Source: an uncultured Gammaproteobacteria bacterium (GTDB taxonomy: Bacteria; Patescibacteriota; Patescibacteriia; Patescibacteriales; UBA12465). From it: a stretch of DNA of 64,000 nucleotides. This document shows, piece by piece, positions 1 to 10,471 of the stretch (positions within the stretch are counted from its first letter, which is position 1; each line of letters begins with the position of its first letter). The stretch is from contig CAYYDR010000002.1 in the NCBI GenBank assembly GCA_964470695.1, positions 8,401-72,400 of the forward strand. Direction: 5' to 3'. The notes beneath the pieces are model-generated. The model had not been told where the DNA came from, did no database searches, and saw nothing but the letters and a program-made list of their open reading frames with translations. Position numbers and translations under genes: made by a program.

Positions 1-234
1 AATATCAACACCATAATTAGATTGGTCCACATAATAGTGGACTTTTCTATTTAATTTGGCTAATATTAAATAAATAACACATTTAGACAAATTGTGGAAA
101 ACCTGTTATCATTGGTTTTTTGTTTAATATAAAATTAAATTTTTCATTGGCAAAATAATCTGTAATCATATTTGCCTTAAAATTAAAAAAAAATTATAAT
201 TGATAGTAATAAGATAATAATTTTTGTTAAATTT

Positions 235-1173
235 ATGTACGATGTAATTATTGTTGGATCTGGGCCAGCCGGTATGACAGCCGGTATATACGCCGTTAGG
301 AGAGAAATGAAAACTTTAATAATAGGCAGGGAACTGGGCGGCCAGGTCGCTTTGGCTAGCGATATTGAGAATTACCCGGGCTTTGAGACAATTAGCAGTT
401 TTGACCTAATTGATAGGATGAAGAAGCAGACTTTGGCCTGTGGGGCAGAATTAAAGGAGTCTGAGGTTAAAAAGATAGAGAAGACTGCTGATGGGATTTT
501 TAAGCTGTATACTAACCAGGAGACCTTTGAAGCTAAGTCAGTCATAATTGCCATGGGGTTGTCGCCACGGCGTTTAGCCGTCCCAGGTGAAGTAGAGTTC
601 GCCGGACGGGGGGTTTCTTACTGCGCTAACTGTGATGGTCCATTTTTTAGAAACAAGGTGGTGGTGGTAGTAGGAGGGGGAAATTCGGCTTTAGATGCCG
701 CCGAGCTTATGTCTAAAATAGCTAGTCAAGTCTATTTAATTCATCATAATAACTCCTTAAAAGCCTTTGAAACTTTGATTGACGAAGTTAAGGCTAGGCC
801 AAACATTGAGATATTATTGAATCATTCTATTAAGAATATTGTTGGTTCTAATAAAGTAGAGACTGTCCAAGTCATTAATAATGAAGACAAATCAGAAAGA
901 GAGATAAAGGCTGACGGTGTGTTTATAGAGGTAGGGAGGATTGCCAGTACTGATCTAGTGGCTGATTTTGTTGATAGGAATGCTCGCAATCAAATAGTGG
1001 CGGATAGCTTGGGTCAAACTAAAACCCCGGGGTTGTTTGCGGCTGGTGATGTGACTGATTGTGAATTTAAGCAAATTACTATTGCTATCGGTCAGGCTAC
1101 TACAGCTGCTTTGAGCGCTTATCAATATTTACAGCTGAAGCATGGCCTCAAAAATAACGGGAAAAATTATTAA
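235..1173 (+). CDS. trxB: thioredoxin-disulfide reductase
   Basis: 312-aa ORF. FAD-binding GxGxxG near the N-terminus (IIVGSGPAG), redox-active CxxC (CANC), and a second dinucleotide motif (VVGGGNSALD). Length is typical of low-Mr TrxR. Confidence 0.9.
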   Translation: MYDVIIVGSGPAGMTAGIYAVRREMKTLIIGRELGGQVALASDIENYPGFETISSFDLIDRMKKQTLACGAELKESEVKKIEKTADGIFKLYTNQETFEAKSVIIAMGLSPRRLAVPGEVEFAGRGVSYCANCDGPFFRNKVVVVVGGGNSALDAAELMSKIASQVYLIHHNNSLKAFETLIDEVKARPNIEILLNHSIKNIVGSNKVETVQVINNEDKSEREIKADGVFIEVGRIASTDLVADFVDRNARNQIVADSLGQTKTPGLFAAGDVTDCEFKQITIAIGQATTAALSAYQYLQLKHGLKNNGKNY

Positions 1174-1227
1174 TAATCTGTTATAATATAGTCATAATCA
1201 GGTTTATATTGATTTTGATTAATTATT

Positions 1228-2505
1228 ATGAAAGTAAAAAAAGTAAATCTAGTCGCCGCTGATATGGGTTATGGTCACCAGCGAGCTGCTTATCCCTTAT
1301 TAGATCTGAGCGCGGGCGAAATAATTACTATTAATAATTATGAAGGAATTCCTGATTGGGAAAAAGATTACTGGGTTAATAGTTTGCGCTCTTATGAAAA
1401 AATTTCGCGCTTGAAAAAAGTCCCCGTAATAGGGAATTTAGTTTTCGCTGTTATGGATGCTTTTCAGAAGATACAGCCGACTTATCCTCTTAGAGATTTA
1501 TCCGAACCAACCACGCAACAAAAATATTTTTATAAAGTAGTTAAAAAAGGTTTAGGAAAAAAGTTAATAGAATCTCTAAATTCTAATGGCCTTCCCTTTG
1601 TAACTACTTTTTTTGTCGCCTCCTATATAGCGGAGTACCATAATTATCAGGGAGATATATACTGTATAATTTGTGATACAGACGCTTCCCGCGCTTGGGC
1701 GCCTCTTAAGCCGAAGGAAAGTCGGATAAAATTTTTGGTACCGAGTGAAAAGGTAAGAGAGAGATTTCTCATGTATGGCGTTAAACCGGAAAATATAATA
1801 ATTTCTGGCTTCCCTTTGCCTAAAGAAAATATCGGTGCTGATCGCCAGATACTTATTAATGATCTAGGCTGTAGAGTGGGCGTTCTTGACCCGCAAGGAG
1901 TCTATCAGAAACATTATAAATCTTTGTTAGAGACCGTGACGCCAGGATTTTCCCGCCAGCATAATTTGCCTCTGACTATTACTTATGCCGTTGGCGGAGC
2001 GGGAGCGCAAAAAGAGATAGGTGTCACCATCATGCAAAAGTTATCCCGCGATATTAAAAATAATAAATTTAGCTTGAATTTGGTAGCTGGCAATCGTTTA
2101 GAGGTGAGAGATTATTTTGCCGCTGAAATAAAAAAAACGGGCCTAAAAATAGGGAAGGATGTTTCTATTATATATAATGAAGATAAGACCGCTTATTTTA
2201 AGGAATTTAATAAATGTCTTCATGATACGGATATTTTATGGACCAAACCGTCCGAATTATCTTTTTATTGTGCCTTGGGCCTGCCAATAATTATTTCCCC
2301 TCCTGTCGGCAGCCAGGAAGATTTTAATCGTGACTGGCTTTTATCCATTGGCGCCGGGGTAGATAGTTTGGCTCCGGAGTATGTTAATGAGTGGTTGCCG
2401 GATATGTTAGAGTCAGGGCGCTTAGCTAGGGCGGCGGTAGATGGTTTCTTGAATGCCGAACAAATGGGGGCTTATAATATTGAGAAAATAATAGTTGGGA
2501 AATAA
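1228..2505 (+). CDS. putative GT-B fold glycosyltransferase (MGDG-synthase/UgtP-like), function unknown
   Basis: 425-aa soluble ORF. N-terminal AADMGYGHQRAA loop resembles the G-x-G-H motif of GT28/MGDG-synthase-type enzymes. Assignment by eye only. Confidence 0.4.
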   Translation: MKVKKVNLVAADMGYGHQRAAYPLLDLSAGEIITINNYEGIPDWEKDYWVNSLRSYEKISRLKKVPVIGNLVFAVMDAFQKIQPTYPLRDLSEPTTQQKYFYKVVKKGLGKKLIESLNSNGLPFVTTFFVASYIAEYHNYQGDIYCIICDTDASRAWAPLKPKESRIKFLVPSEKVRERFLMYGVKPENIIISGFPLPKENIGADRQILINDLGCRVGVLDPQGVYQKHYKSLLETVTPGFSRQHNLPLTITYAVGGAGAQKEIGVTIMQKLSRDIKNNKFSLNLVAGNRLEVRDYFAAEIKKTGLKIGKDVSIIYNEDKTAYFKEFNKCLHDTDILWTKPSELSFYCALGLPIIISPPVGSQEDFNRDWLLSIGAGVDSLAPEYVNEWLPDMLESGRLARAAVDGFLNAEQMGAYNIEKIIVGK

Positions 2506-2518
2506 TCACCTATAATTT

Positions 2519-3457
2519 ATGTCTTCTTGGATAATGGTCGCGATTGCCGCATATTTGATTTTAGCGGTCGTTAATTTATTGGATAAATTTTTAGTTGGGA
2601 CTGTTTTGAAGAACAGTCGTATTTACGCTTTTTCCGCCTGCGTTATGGGGCTGCTAGTCGTTTCAGCGGCTCCTTGGTTTCTCGTTTGGCCGGGCTGGCC
2701 ACTTTTATGGCTGAATATATTGAATGGAGGAATATTCGCCGTAGCTTTATGGTCTTTGTATGAAGCGCTCAGGCGCGGCGAAGCTTCTAGAATATTAGTA
2801 TTTATCGGCGGGTTAACGCCGATTTTTTCTTTGATTTTTTCTATTTTATTTTTTCAAGCCACATTCTCAATTGGGCAATGGCTCGGTTTATTCTTTATTT
2901 TATTAGGTGTTTTGTTAATTGCCTTTTTGCCGACCAGCCGCAGCTATCTCGCTAGAGTATTTAAAAAATTGCGGTGGGATAACGATAATGAATGGGGCGG
3001 TTTAATGGTCGCCGCTTTATCAGCCTTGGCTTACGCGGTTTATTTTATGGGTACCAAATACGCTTATATTTATCAGCCGTTTGCCAGCGCTTTTATTTGG
3101 ACTCGTTTAGGAGCAGCTCTGTTTGTTTTATTGTTTCTTTTAAAAAAGTCAGACCGCCAGGCGATTTTTAATTCTTTCGGGCGCCGCGGATCATCCCGCA
3201 GTAATTTATTAGTAGTTTTTAACCAGGGGCTAGGCTCTCTCGGCTTCATTCTTCAGAATTATGCTATTTTTTTAGGTTCAGTAGTATTAGTAAATGCTCT
3301 ACAGGGGGTACAGTATGCTTTTTTATTGATTATCAGCACGGTCTTAGCCTTGATGTCTCCTAAATTATTAAAAGAAAGTTTTTCTGGGCCAGTTTTATTA
3401 CAAAAAATTGCGGCGGTTATAATTATAGCGATTGGTCTTTATTTTTTGACTTTTTAA
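2519..3457 (+). CDS. polytopic membrane protein, DMT/EamA-like permease
   Basis: 312-aa ORF with about 10 hydrophobic helices arranged as two similar halves. No catalytic motif seen. Confidence 0.45.
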   Translation: MSSWIMVAIAAYLILAVVNLLDKFLVGTVLKNSRIYAFSACVMGLLVVSAAPWFLVWPGWPLLWLNILNGGIFAVALWSLYEALRRGEASRILVFIGGLTPIFSLIFSILFFQATFSIGQWLGLFFILLGVLLIAFLPTSRSYLARVFKKLRWDNDNEWGGLMVAALSALAYAVYFMGTKYAYIYQPFASAFIWTRLGAALFVLLFLLKKSDRQAIFNSFGRRGSSRSNLLVVFNQGLGSLGFILQNYAIFLGSVVLVNALQGVQYAFLLIISTVLALMSPKLLKESFSGPVLLQKIAAVIIIAIGLYFLTF

Positions 3458-3460
3458 TTT

Positions 3461-4522
3461 ATGTTTTTTAGGAGAATTAAAAAATTGTTAGCCGGATATT
3501 TAAAATGGGAACATCGATCAGTGTTTAGGAGGAGACTTTTGATTATTGCCCCCTTTATTATTTTCGGGGTGATCATTTATTTAATGAAATTTGCTACTTA
3601 TTATCCGTCTTTGATTAATTTACAGCATAAGCCAGATTTTTTTGGCGTTACTTTTTCTACTAAGTTCTGCGACGAACTGGAAATAGACAAAAAAGAAACT
3701 TACCAGGCCATGCTAGATGAATTAAAAGTTAAATATATTCGGATTCCGATTTATTGGGACGAAATAGAAAAAGAAGAGGGCGTATACGATTTTACCATGT
3801 ATGATTATTTGATTAGCGAAGGAGAAAAAAAAGGCGCTAAATTTATAATTAGTTTAGGGCGCCGTGTACCGCGTTGGCCAGAGTGCCATAGTCCGGCTTG
3901 GCTTAACTCCAAGAGCGATATTGCCGCTAAGGTTGCCACTCTAAGGACTATCAGGACTATTGTGGAGCGATATAGTGATAATAGCAGTGTTGAATACTGG
4001 CAAGTAGAAAATGAGCCATTTTTAGGGACATTCGGAGTCTGTCCTCCTTTAGATGAAAATTTTTTGCGCCAAGAATTTGATTTAGTTAAGTCCCTTGATG
4101 ATAGAAAAATTATTATTACAGCTTCTGGGGAAATGGGCTATTGGAAACAGGAGGCAAAAATAGGCGATATTTTCGGTAGCACCTTGTATCGGGTAGTTTA
4201 CAATGCCTGGTTGGGATTTATTAAATACCCAATGCCCACAGCTTATTATAAGATAAAGGCGGGATTAGCTGGCCTATCGCCGGAGAGGTTGATGGTTTTA
4301 GAGCTTCAGGCCGAGCCTTGGGTTCCAGAAGGTAAGATGATTTATTTAAGTCCCAGGGATATTAATAAGACGATGAGTATTGATCAGCTTAAGGCTAATT
4401 TGCAATACGCTATTAATTTAGACTGGCAGCGGACTTATATTTGGGGGGTAGAGTGGTGGTATTGGCAAAAAAAATATGGCAACCCGGAATATTGGCGGAT
4501 TGCCACCGAATTATTTGATTAA
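3461..4522 (+). CDS. membrane-anchored glycoside hydrolase (clan GH-A, GH5/GH42-like)
   Basis: 353 aa. N-terminal TM anchor (LLIIAPFIIFGVIIYL) followed by IPIYWDEIEKEEGVYDF and the acid/base-type motif WQVENEP typical of TIM-barrel clan GH-A enzymes. Confidence 0.55.
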   Translation: MFFRRIKKLLAGYLKWEHRSVFRRRLLIIAPFIIFGVIIYLMKFATYYPSLINLQHKPDFFGVTFSTKFCDELEIDKKETYQAMLDELKVKYIRIPIYWDEIEKEEGVYDFTMYDYLISEGEKKGAKFIISLGRRVPRWPECHSPAWLNSKSDIAAKVATLRTIRTIVERYSDNSSVEYWQVENEPFLGTFGVCPPLDENFLRQEFDLVKSLDDRKIIITASGEMGYWKQEAKIGDIFGSTLYRVVYNAWLGFIKYPMPTAYYKIKAGLAGLSPERLMVLELQAEPWVPEGKMIYLSPRDINKTMSIDQLKANLQYAINLDWQRTYIWGVEWWYWQKKYGNPEYWRIATELFD

Positions 4523-4528
4523 GAATAG

Positions 4529-5602
4529 TTATTTCTCTAATAAATTAATCATTTTATCATCATAGCTATCAACCCATTCTTTGAAGGCTAGAGTCGCGGG
4601 CGAAGAATGGGTTTTTTGTTGGGCTAGAGAAATTTTGCTTAGGTCAAAATTTTTAGAAGCAATTGCTAGGCCGGCTCGTTCCGCATCCAGAGAATTACAT
4701 TCTTGTTCAAAATGTCCCTTCGTGGGGACAACCATGATATTTTTTTGTAAGTAGGCGGTTTCAGCGATTGATTCAAAACCCGCCGTGCTAGCATAAGCGG
4801 AACAGCGAGCGAGCCTGTCCATGAATTTTTCCCCGTTTAAATTATGGAAAGTCAGATCAGGGCTTATAACAGTTACTTCTTGTTCGGGCTTATTCCAAAA
4901 GGCTTCAATTTTGAAGCCGGGATTATTTTTACTCCAATTAATTATATCGCGGCTGTAGCCGGCATTAAGCATGTAGATTAATAAAAATCCTTCCGGATGA
5001 GGATTTTTTTCTTTTATTGATTGTCTAATAAGGGGAGGACAAATATGTAAATCTTTTTGATCAGTTTCATTAGTAAAAGATAGAGCAATCTTATGGCTGC
5101 GGCGCGGAGCATTAAAATAATTATAAACCCGGAAACCTAAGCGGGAAAATAATTGCCCTTTAGGGAAGGGGCAGACAGGATGGTTAATAAAATATTGATG
5201 GCCCAAACAAAAGAGCGGTTTTTTCTCTCGGTAAAGACGATAATAGGTGGAGCCTAGCGGTTCATAAAAGCTGATAAATCTATCCGGCGCGGCTTCTTGG
5301 ACAATCTTGTTGATTTTTTTGATTGATTTTAGATATTCCGGGAACAAAGCAAAAGATTTTAGAATGCTTGATAATATGTTTATTCCTCGCCCCTCTTTGT
5401 CTGGTGAAAAATGCGGGCTAACAACAATAAATAAGGGGACATTTATTTGTTCCTTGAAGAATGCGGGTAATTGATGCCCCGCCTGGCCGCCCACTATTAT
5501 GGCGGCAATAGAATGGCCTCTGTCTTCTAATCTTTTTTTAAGAGTTAGCGCTTGCGTCAGATGTCCTCGGCCTTCGCCTTGGACAAAAAAGAGATATTTC
5601 AT
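4529..5602 (-). CDS. GT-B glycosyltransferase (MJ1255/TIGR00661-like)
   Basis: 357 aa. N-terminal FFVQGEGRGHLTQALTL glycine-loop/His motif and C-terminal STAGFESIAE segment typical of GT1/GT28-type transferases. Confidence 0.55.
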   Translation of the reverse strand: MKYLFFVQGEGRGHLTQALTLKKRLEDRGHSIAAIIVGGQAGHQLPAFFKEQINVPLFIVVSPHFSPDKEGRGINILSSILKSFALFPEYLKSIKKINKIVQEAAPDRFISFYEPLGSTYYRLYREKKPLFCLGHQYFINHPVCPFPKGQLFSRLGFRVYNYFNAPRRSHKIALSFTNETDQKDLHICPPLIRQSIKEKNPHPEGFLLIYMLNAGYSRDIINWSKNNPGFKIEAFWNKPEQEVTVISPDLTFHNLNGEKFMDRLARCSAYASTAGFESIAETAYLQKNIMVVPTKGHFEQECNSLDAERAGLAIASKNFDLSKISLAQQKTHSSPATLAFKEWVDSYDDKMINLLEK

Positions 5603-5609
5603 ATAGATG

Positions 5610-5681
5610 AGCGGGTAAGGGGAATCGAACCCCTATCTTCAGCTTGGAAGGCTGACATAAAAACCATTATACGATACCCGC
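5610..5681 (-). tRNA. tRNA-Gly(UCC)
   Basis: The reverse complement folds as a cloverleaf. Acceptor GCGGGTA/TACCCGC, anticodon stem TCAGC/GCTGA with loop CTTCCAA (anticodon TCC), T arm GGGGTTCGATTCCCC. No encoded CCA. Confidence 0.9.
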
Positions 5682-5755
5682 CTAAGTCGGATTTCTATTA
5701 ATCAGACCGGCCCTATGACGCGTTTATATTATAAAATAATAAAGGTTAAGTCAAA

Positions 5756-6937
5756 TTATCTTGTGTCCTTAATGGACATGACGAAGAAGAAGCCGGATAG
5801 CATGATAACCGCTAGGAATAAGAATAAATATTGGAGGGGGAAGAAAACTAGGATACTAACAGCTAAGATAGAACCAAGAGCTTGGCCTAAGGGCGTAGTG
5901 GCGCGGAAAATATTAATTTCTTCAGTATCTTCTACATCAGTAATTTTGAAAAAATAAGTGTCGCGCATAGCTTCTACTAGAGCCGCTCCGACGCGGCTAA
6001 TAAACAGGATTAAGGCCCAGAGCCAGGCGCTAGGAATGGAAATATAATAAAATAAGAAGAGGGAAACAGTTAGGATTAAGAAGCCAGCTAATAAAAATTC
6101 TTTTTCGCCTAGGTATTTGTCGGCTATTATCCCTGCCGGGATTTCAATGATTATGAAAGGAATTAACATGATAGAAAATATTGGTCCTAATATTTCCCAG
6201 CCCATGCCTAAATTTCTGAAAAGATGGAGGGGGATATAAATAACCGCAGAACTAAAGAATATCTGCAGTAATAAGGAAATAAAGAATATCCCTCTTAAAT
6301 TTGGCCGCCGCCACATTTTTTTAATAGCTAGTAAGAGGGGCTCGTCTTTGTATTTATTATGATCCTGTAACTCTCGCCCCTGATGTAGAAAGATAAAAAA
6401 GAAGGGGACAGTTAGAACAGCGGCGATTAGGAATATTAAAGTATATTCCCCCTTAGCCATGAGATAAACAGCCACTGTTGGCGATATTATCCAGCCGATA
6501 TTTATGAAAGTAAGATAAATAGTTCTTATTCGTCCGGTTAGGGCATTAGTAGAAAAGCTCTTTACCAAGAAGTCCATGTTAATCCAGACCAGGTTTGAAC
6601 TAATAGTAAATAGGATTACAGATATCATGGCTAGTGCGGCGTTGGTAGATATTGCTAGGCCCAGCAGAGAGCTGGCGTATAGAGCTAATGATATTTTAGT
6701 TAAAAAATAATTAGTTAACTCTTTTATTAAGCGGGGAAAAACTAAAATGGCCGCTACTGCTAATAGGTTAGCAACAACAAAATAGACCCCCATTGTTTGG
6801 ATGCTAATAAATTCGCCTAAAAAATTTGATTGGACATAGGCCGGCAGAGCGCCGGAGAAAGCTAAAAGCAAGCTAAGCAGGTATAGAATTGATAGGCGCT
6901 TGTTATTCTTAGCTAATTGTTTTTTGGATTTTGGCAT
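5756..6937 (-). CDS. MFS-type transporter
   Basis: 393 aa with about 12 hydrophobic segments and a central loop. Topology is MFS-like; substrate unknown. Confidence 0.6.
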   Translation of the reverse strand: MPKSKKQLAKNNKRLSILYLLSLLLAFSGALPAYVQSNFLGEFISIQTMGVYFVVANLLAVAAILVFPRLIKELTNYFLTKISLALYASSLLGLAISTNAALAMISVILFTISSNLVWINMDFLVKSFSTNALTGRIRTIYLTFINIGWIISPTVAVYLMAKGEYTLIFLIAAVLTVPFFFIFLHQGRELQDHNKYKDEPLLLAIKKMWRRPNLRGIFFISLLLQIFFSSAVIYIPLHLFRNLGMGWEILGPIFSIMLIPFIIIEIPAGIIADKYLGEKEFLLAGFLILTVSLFLFYYISIPSAWLWALILFISRVGAALVEAMRDTYFFKITDVEDTEEINIFRATTPLGQALGSILAVSILVFFPLQYLFLFLAVIMLSGFFFVMSIKDTR

Positions 6938-7733
6938 GGGATTTTGTCAGTAATAAAACGAAGGCCGCGATGATAACTAGACTGGCTAATTGCGGCCAGC
7001 GTAAGCCCCAAACAACCGGGGCTTCGTCTATCCTAATAAATTCTAAAGAAAATCTTAATATGGAATATGATATCATATAAACACTGACCGAACAAACCTG
7101 AAAGTTATGGTCATTTTTTTTGTTTTTTATGGCGTAGAAGTTCCAAATAATTAGGGCCAGCCCAATAATTAGGCAGCCCAAACTTTCATATAAAAAAGTC
7201 GGCTGGAAAAATGGTGAATTGATATATTGCCATGGCCTATTTATTAAGTTAATAGGAATACCCCATGGCAAATTAGTAGGCAGGCCAAATAATTCTTGAT
7301 TAAAATAGTTGCCCCAGCGTCCTATAGATTGGGCGATAGCTAAACCGGGCGCGAGTATGGCTCCTAGCCGCCAGAAATTTATTTGTTTACGACAGGCAAA
7401 GCTCCAAACGATAAACAGGCCGGCGATAAGGCCGCCGTGGATTGCTAGCCCGCCCTTCCAAATAGCTAATGTCTGCCAGGGGTGCTGGTAATAATAGGGT
7501 AATTGTAAAAAAATATCGTATAGCCGCGCTCCGATTATGCCGCCGATAATTAACCAGAAGGAAAGGTCAAAGATTATGTCCGTGGTCAAATTGTAATATT
7601 TAGCTAGTTGGAAACTGATTGCTAAAGCAGTTAGGATGCCTAAGACAATAAAAAGGCCGTACCAATAGATAGTGATAGGGCCGTAAGATAAGAGAATGGC
7701 CTGCGGCTCAAAAGTATGTAAGAAGCTCATCAT
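6909..7733 (-). CDS. lgt: prolipoprotein diacylglyceryl transferase
   Basis: 274 aa, polytopic, with the Lgt signature GRWGNYFNQELFG. Its 3' end overlaps the downstream MFS gene by 29 nt. Confidence 0.9.
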   Translation of the reverse strand: MMSFLHTFEPQAILLSYGPITIYWYGLFIVLGILTALAISFQLAKYYNLTTDIIFDLSFWLIIGGIIGARLYDIFLQLPYYYQHPWQTLAIWKGGLAIHGGLIAGLFIVWSFACRKQINFWRLGAILAPGLAIAQSIGRWGNYFNQELFGLPTNLPWGIPINLINRPWQYINSPFFQPTFLYESLGCLIIGLALIIWNFYAIKNKKNDHNFQVCSVSVYMISYSILRFSLEFIRIDEAPVVWGLRWPQLASLVIIAAFVLLLTKSHAKIQKTIS

Positions 7734-7776
7734 ACTTAAATTTTAGCAATTTTAAGTCCGCCTCGCAACCGTTAAT

Positions 7777-7805
7777 ACAAAAAACAGGAGCGATTAGCCC
7801 CTGTT
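7777..7805 (-). terminator. rho-independent terminator after tRNA-Leu(UAG)
   Basis: The minus strand reads CAGGGGC-TAATC-GCTCCTG (7 bp stem, one mismatch) followed by TTTTTTGT. Confidence 0.5.
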
Positions 7806-7811
7806 TAAAAG

Positions 7812-7893
7812 TGCGGACGGAGAGACTCGAACTCTCAAGGGTTGCCCCGCTTGGTCCTAAGCCAAGTGCGTCTACCAGTTTCGCCACGTCCGC
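7812..7893 (-). tRNA. tRNA-Leu(UAG)
   Basis: The reverse complement is GCGGACG...CGTCCGC. Anticodon stem CTTGG/CCAAG with loop CTTAGGA (anticodon TAG), long variable arm, T arm GAGAGTTCGAGTCTCTC. Confidence 0.9.
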
Positions 7894-7984
7894 GCATTTT
7901 TATCTTAAATGATTATTTTTATAATGTAAAGATTGTGCTATAATAAAAAAATAAATAAGGTTATCCAAAGTATAAATTTTTTTT

Positions 7985-10396
7985 ATGTTAAAGAACAAAT
8001 TCATTCATTTTTTTAGAGAGCTATCAATTAAAGATGTCCCGCAGGTAGGCGGTAAAAACGCTTCTTTAGGGGAAATGTATGGCCATTTAGTAAAGAAAGG
8101 AGTTAGAATCCCTAATGGTTTTGCCACCACGGCCTCCGCTTATAATTATTTCTTGGATTCTACCGGCCTGAAAAAGAAAATTAAAGAAATTTTGAAAGGG
8201 CTTGATACTAAAAATGTTAAAGACTTGATGCGACGGGGCGCCGAGATTAGGAAGTTGATTATTGCAACAGAAATGCCTAAAGATTTTCAGGCAGCTATTA
8301 TTAAAGCTTATAGAGAATTATCAGCCGAATATAAAACTAAGAATTTAGATGTAGCGGTCAGATCAAGCGCTACGGCCGAAGATTTGCCGGACGCTTCATT
8401 CGCTGGTCAACAGGAAACATTTTTGAATATTACTGGAGAAGCTGATCTTTTGTTAGCGGTTAGAAAATGTATTGCTTCATTATTTACAAATCGCGCTATT
8501 TCTTATCGGGTTGATAAAAACTTTGATCATTTTTCCATTGCTCTTTCAGTCGGGGTCCAGAGAATGATCAGATCGGACCTGGGCTCCTCCGGAGTAATGT
8601 TTACCATAGACACCGAATCTGGCTTCCGTAATGTAGTATTAATTAATTCTATTTTTGGACTAGGAGAGAATATTGTTCAGGGGCATGTCACGCCTGATGA
8701 ATTTTATATTTTTAAACCGACTAAGTCCATTATATCTAGATCAACTAGCCGTAAGGATATCAAGATGGTTTATAATACTAAAGGTAAAAATCCGGTTAAA
8801 AATGTTCCCTTATCTTTAGCTGATCAGACTAGGCCGTCTTTGACCGACAAGCAAGTTCTGCAACTAGCGAAATGGGGCATGTTAATTGAGGAGCATTATA
8901 AAAAGCCGATGGACATGGAGTTTGCTTTAGATGGGCGAACTAATGAATTATATATAATTCAGGCCAGACCAGAGACCGTCCAGAGCCAAAAAGATTGGAA
9001 AATAGTTGAAAAATATAGATTAGTTAAGAAGGGCCGGGTGATTATATCAGGACAGAGCGTTGGCAATAAAATAGGGGCCGGCAAGGTTAATCGCATGATG
9101 AGCATTAAAGATATTAATAAGTTTAAGCCGGGCCAAGTATTGGTAACTGACATGACGGACCCAGATTGGGAACCGATTATGAAAATGGCTTCAGCGATAG
9201 TAACGGATAAAGGGGGGCGTACTTGCCATGCGGCCATTGTTTCTAGGGAATTGGGAATTCCTTGCGTGGTTGGGACAGGAAAAGGTTCTTCAATAATTAA
9301 AACCGGGCAGTCGGTAACGGTCAGTTGCGCGGAAGGTGAAGAGGGTTTTGTCTATGAGGGGAAATTAAACTTTAAGGTAGATAAGACCGATATTAAAGAT
9401 TTAAAAAAACCAAAAACTAAAATAATGATGAATATTGGTGAACCTGATTTAGCTTTTGCCAACTCTTTTTTGCCTAATGATGGCGTTGGTCTCGCTAGGT
9501 TGGAGTTTATAATTAATAATTATATTAAGATTCATCCTTTAGCTTTGATTAATTATAATAAGCTAACTGATAAGGCGGTTAAGGCAAAGATTGACGCTTT
9601 GACAGTCGGCTATAAGAATAAGACCCAATATTTTGTGGATCGCTTGGCCCAAGGCGTAGCGACCATTGCCGCTGCTTATTATCCCAAGGATGTTATTTTA
9701 CGCCTTAGCGACTTTAAAACTAATGAGTATGCGAATTTGATCGGCGGGGAAGAATATGAACCGGTAGAATCTAACCCAATGATTGGATTTAGAGGCGCTA
9801 GCCGCTATTATTCCCCGCTTTTCAAGCCAGCCTTTATCCTAGAGTGCCAGGCGATTAAGAAGGTTAGGGATGATATGGGGCTAAATAATTTGAAAGTAAT
9901 GGTTCCATTTTGTCGGACAGTAGAAGAAGGTAAAAAAGTACAGGCTATCATGGCAGAAAATGGATTAAAGCGTGGTCATAATGGATTAGAAATATATGTG
10001 ATGGCCGAAATTCCGGCTAATATCATATTGGCCGATAAGTTCTGTCATATTTTTGATGGGTTTTCTATCGGGTCTAATGATTTAACCCAATTAACTTTAG
10101 GAATTGATAGAGACTCGGGGGGAACTTTAGAGGTCGCTGGCGTCTCCAATGAAAAGAACGAGGCTGTTAAAGATTTAATTAGGCAGCTTATTAAAGTAGC
10201 CAAAAAATATCGTCGTAAGGTAGGTATTTGTGGACAGGGTCCGAGTGATTTTCCGGATTTTGCGGAGTTTCTGGTCGCCGAAGGTATTGATAGTCTATCA
10301 TTAAATCCTGATACCGTAGTTAATACGACTATGGCCATAGTCCAAAAAGAAAAGCAGTTGCGCCGCAGTAAGGGGATACTTGGTTTATTTTTCTAG
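7985..10396 (+). CDS. ppsA: phosphoenolpyruvate synthase (pyruvate, water dikinase)
   Basis: 803 aa. N-terminal GGKNASLGEM, phosphohistidine swivel motif GGRTCHAAIVSRELGIPCVVG, and a C-terminal PEP-utilising TIM-barrel segment (FSIGSNDLTQL). Confidence 0.92.
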   Translation: MLKNKFIHFFRELSIKDVPQVGGKNASLGEMYGHLVKKGVRIPNGFATTASAYNYFLDSTGLKKKIKEILKGLDTKNVKDLMRRGAEIRKLIIATEMPKDFQAAIIKAYRELSAEYKTKNLDVAVRSSATAEDLPDASFAGQQETFLNITGEADLLLAVRKCIASLFTNRAISYRVDKNFDHFSIALSVGVQRMIRSDLGSSGVMFTIDTESGFRNVVLINSIFGLGENIVQGHVTPDEFYIFKPTKSIISRSTSRKDIKMVYNTKGKNPVKNVPLSLADQTRPSLTDKQVLQLAKWGMLIEEHYKKPMDMEFALDGRTNELYIIQARPETVQSQKDWKIVEKYRLVKKGRVIISGQSVGNKIGAGKVNRMMSIKDINKFKPGQVLVTDMTDPDWEPIMKMASAIVTDKGGRTCHAAIVSRELGIPCVVGTGKGSSIIKTGQSVTVSCAEGEEGFVYEGKLNFKVDKTDIKDLKKPKTKIMMNIGEPDLAFANSFLPNDGVGLARLEFIINNYIKIHPLALINYNKLTDKAVKAKIDALTVGYKNKTQYFVDRLAQGVATIAAAYYPKDVILRLSDFKTNEYANLIGGEEYEPVESNPMIGFRGASRYYSPLFKPAFILECQAIKKVRDDMGLNNLKVMVPFCRTVEEGKKVQAIMAENGLKRGHNGLEIYVMAEIPANIILADKFCHIFDGFSIGSNDLTQLTLGIDRDSGGTLEVAGVSNEKNEAVKDLIRQLIKVAKKYRRKVGICGQGPSDFPDFAEFLVAEGIDSLSLNPDTVVNTTMAIVQKEKQLRRSKGILGLFF

Positions 10397-10418
10397 AGTT
10401 AATAATAAGAGCGGAAAT

Positions 10419-10450
10419 AAAAAACGACCCTGATAATTGGGTCGTTTTTT
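10419..10450. terminator. bidirectional terminator between convergent ppsA and the 3D-domain gene
   Basis: AAAAACGACCC-tgataatt-GGGTCGTTTTTT: 7-bp GC-containing stem flanked by an A-run and a T-run. Confidence 0.7.
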
Positions 10451-10471
10451 ATTATGTTATTTAAAAATTAT

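Noticed and set aside
1-32. Possible start of a minus-strand gene (ATG at 32-30, reading MWTNLIMVLI.. out of the window)
   Set aside because: Only 10 codons are visible. This cannot be distinguished from chance.
5715-5957. 80-aa plus-strand ORF next to tRNA-Gly
   Set aside because: It overlaps the 3' end of the MFS transporter gene in antisense, has a basic low-complexity product, and has no SD.
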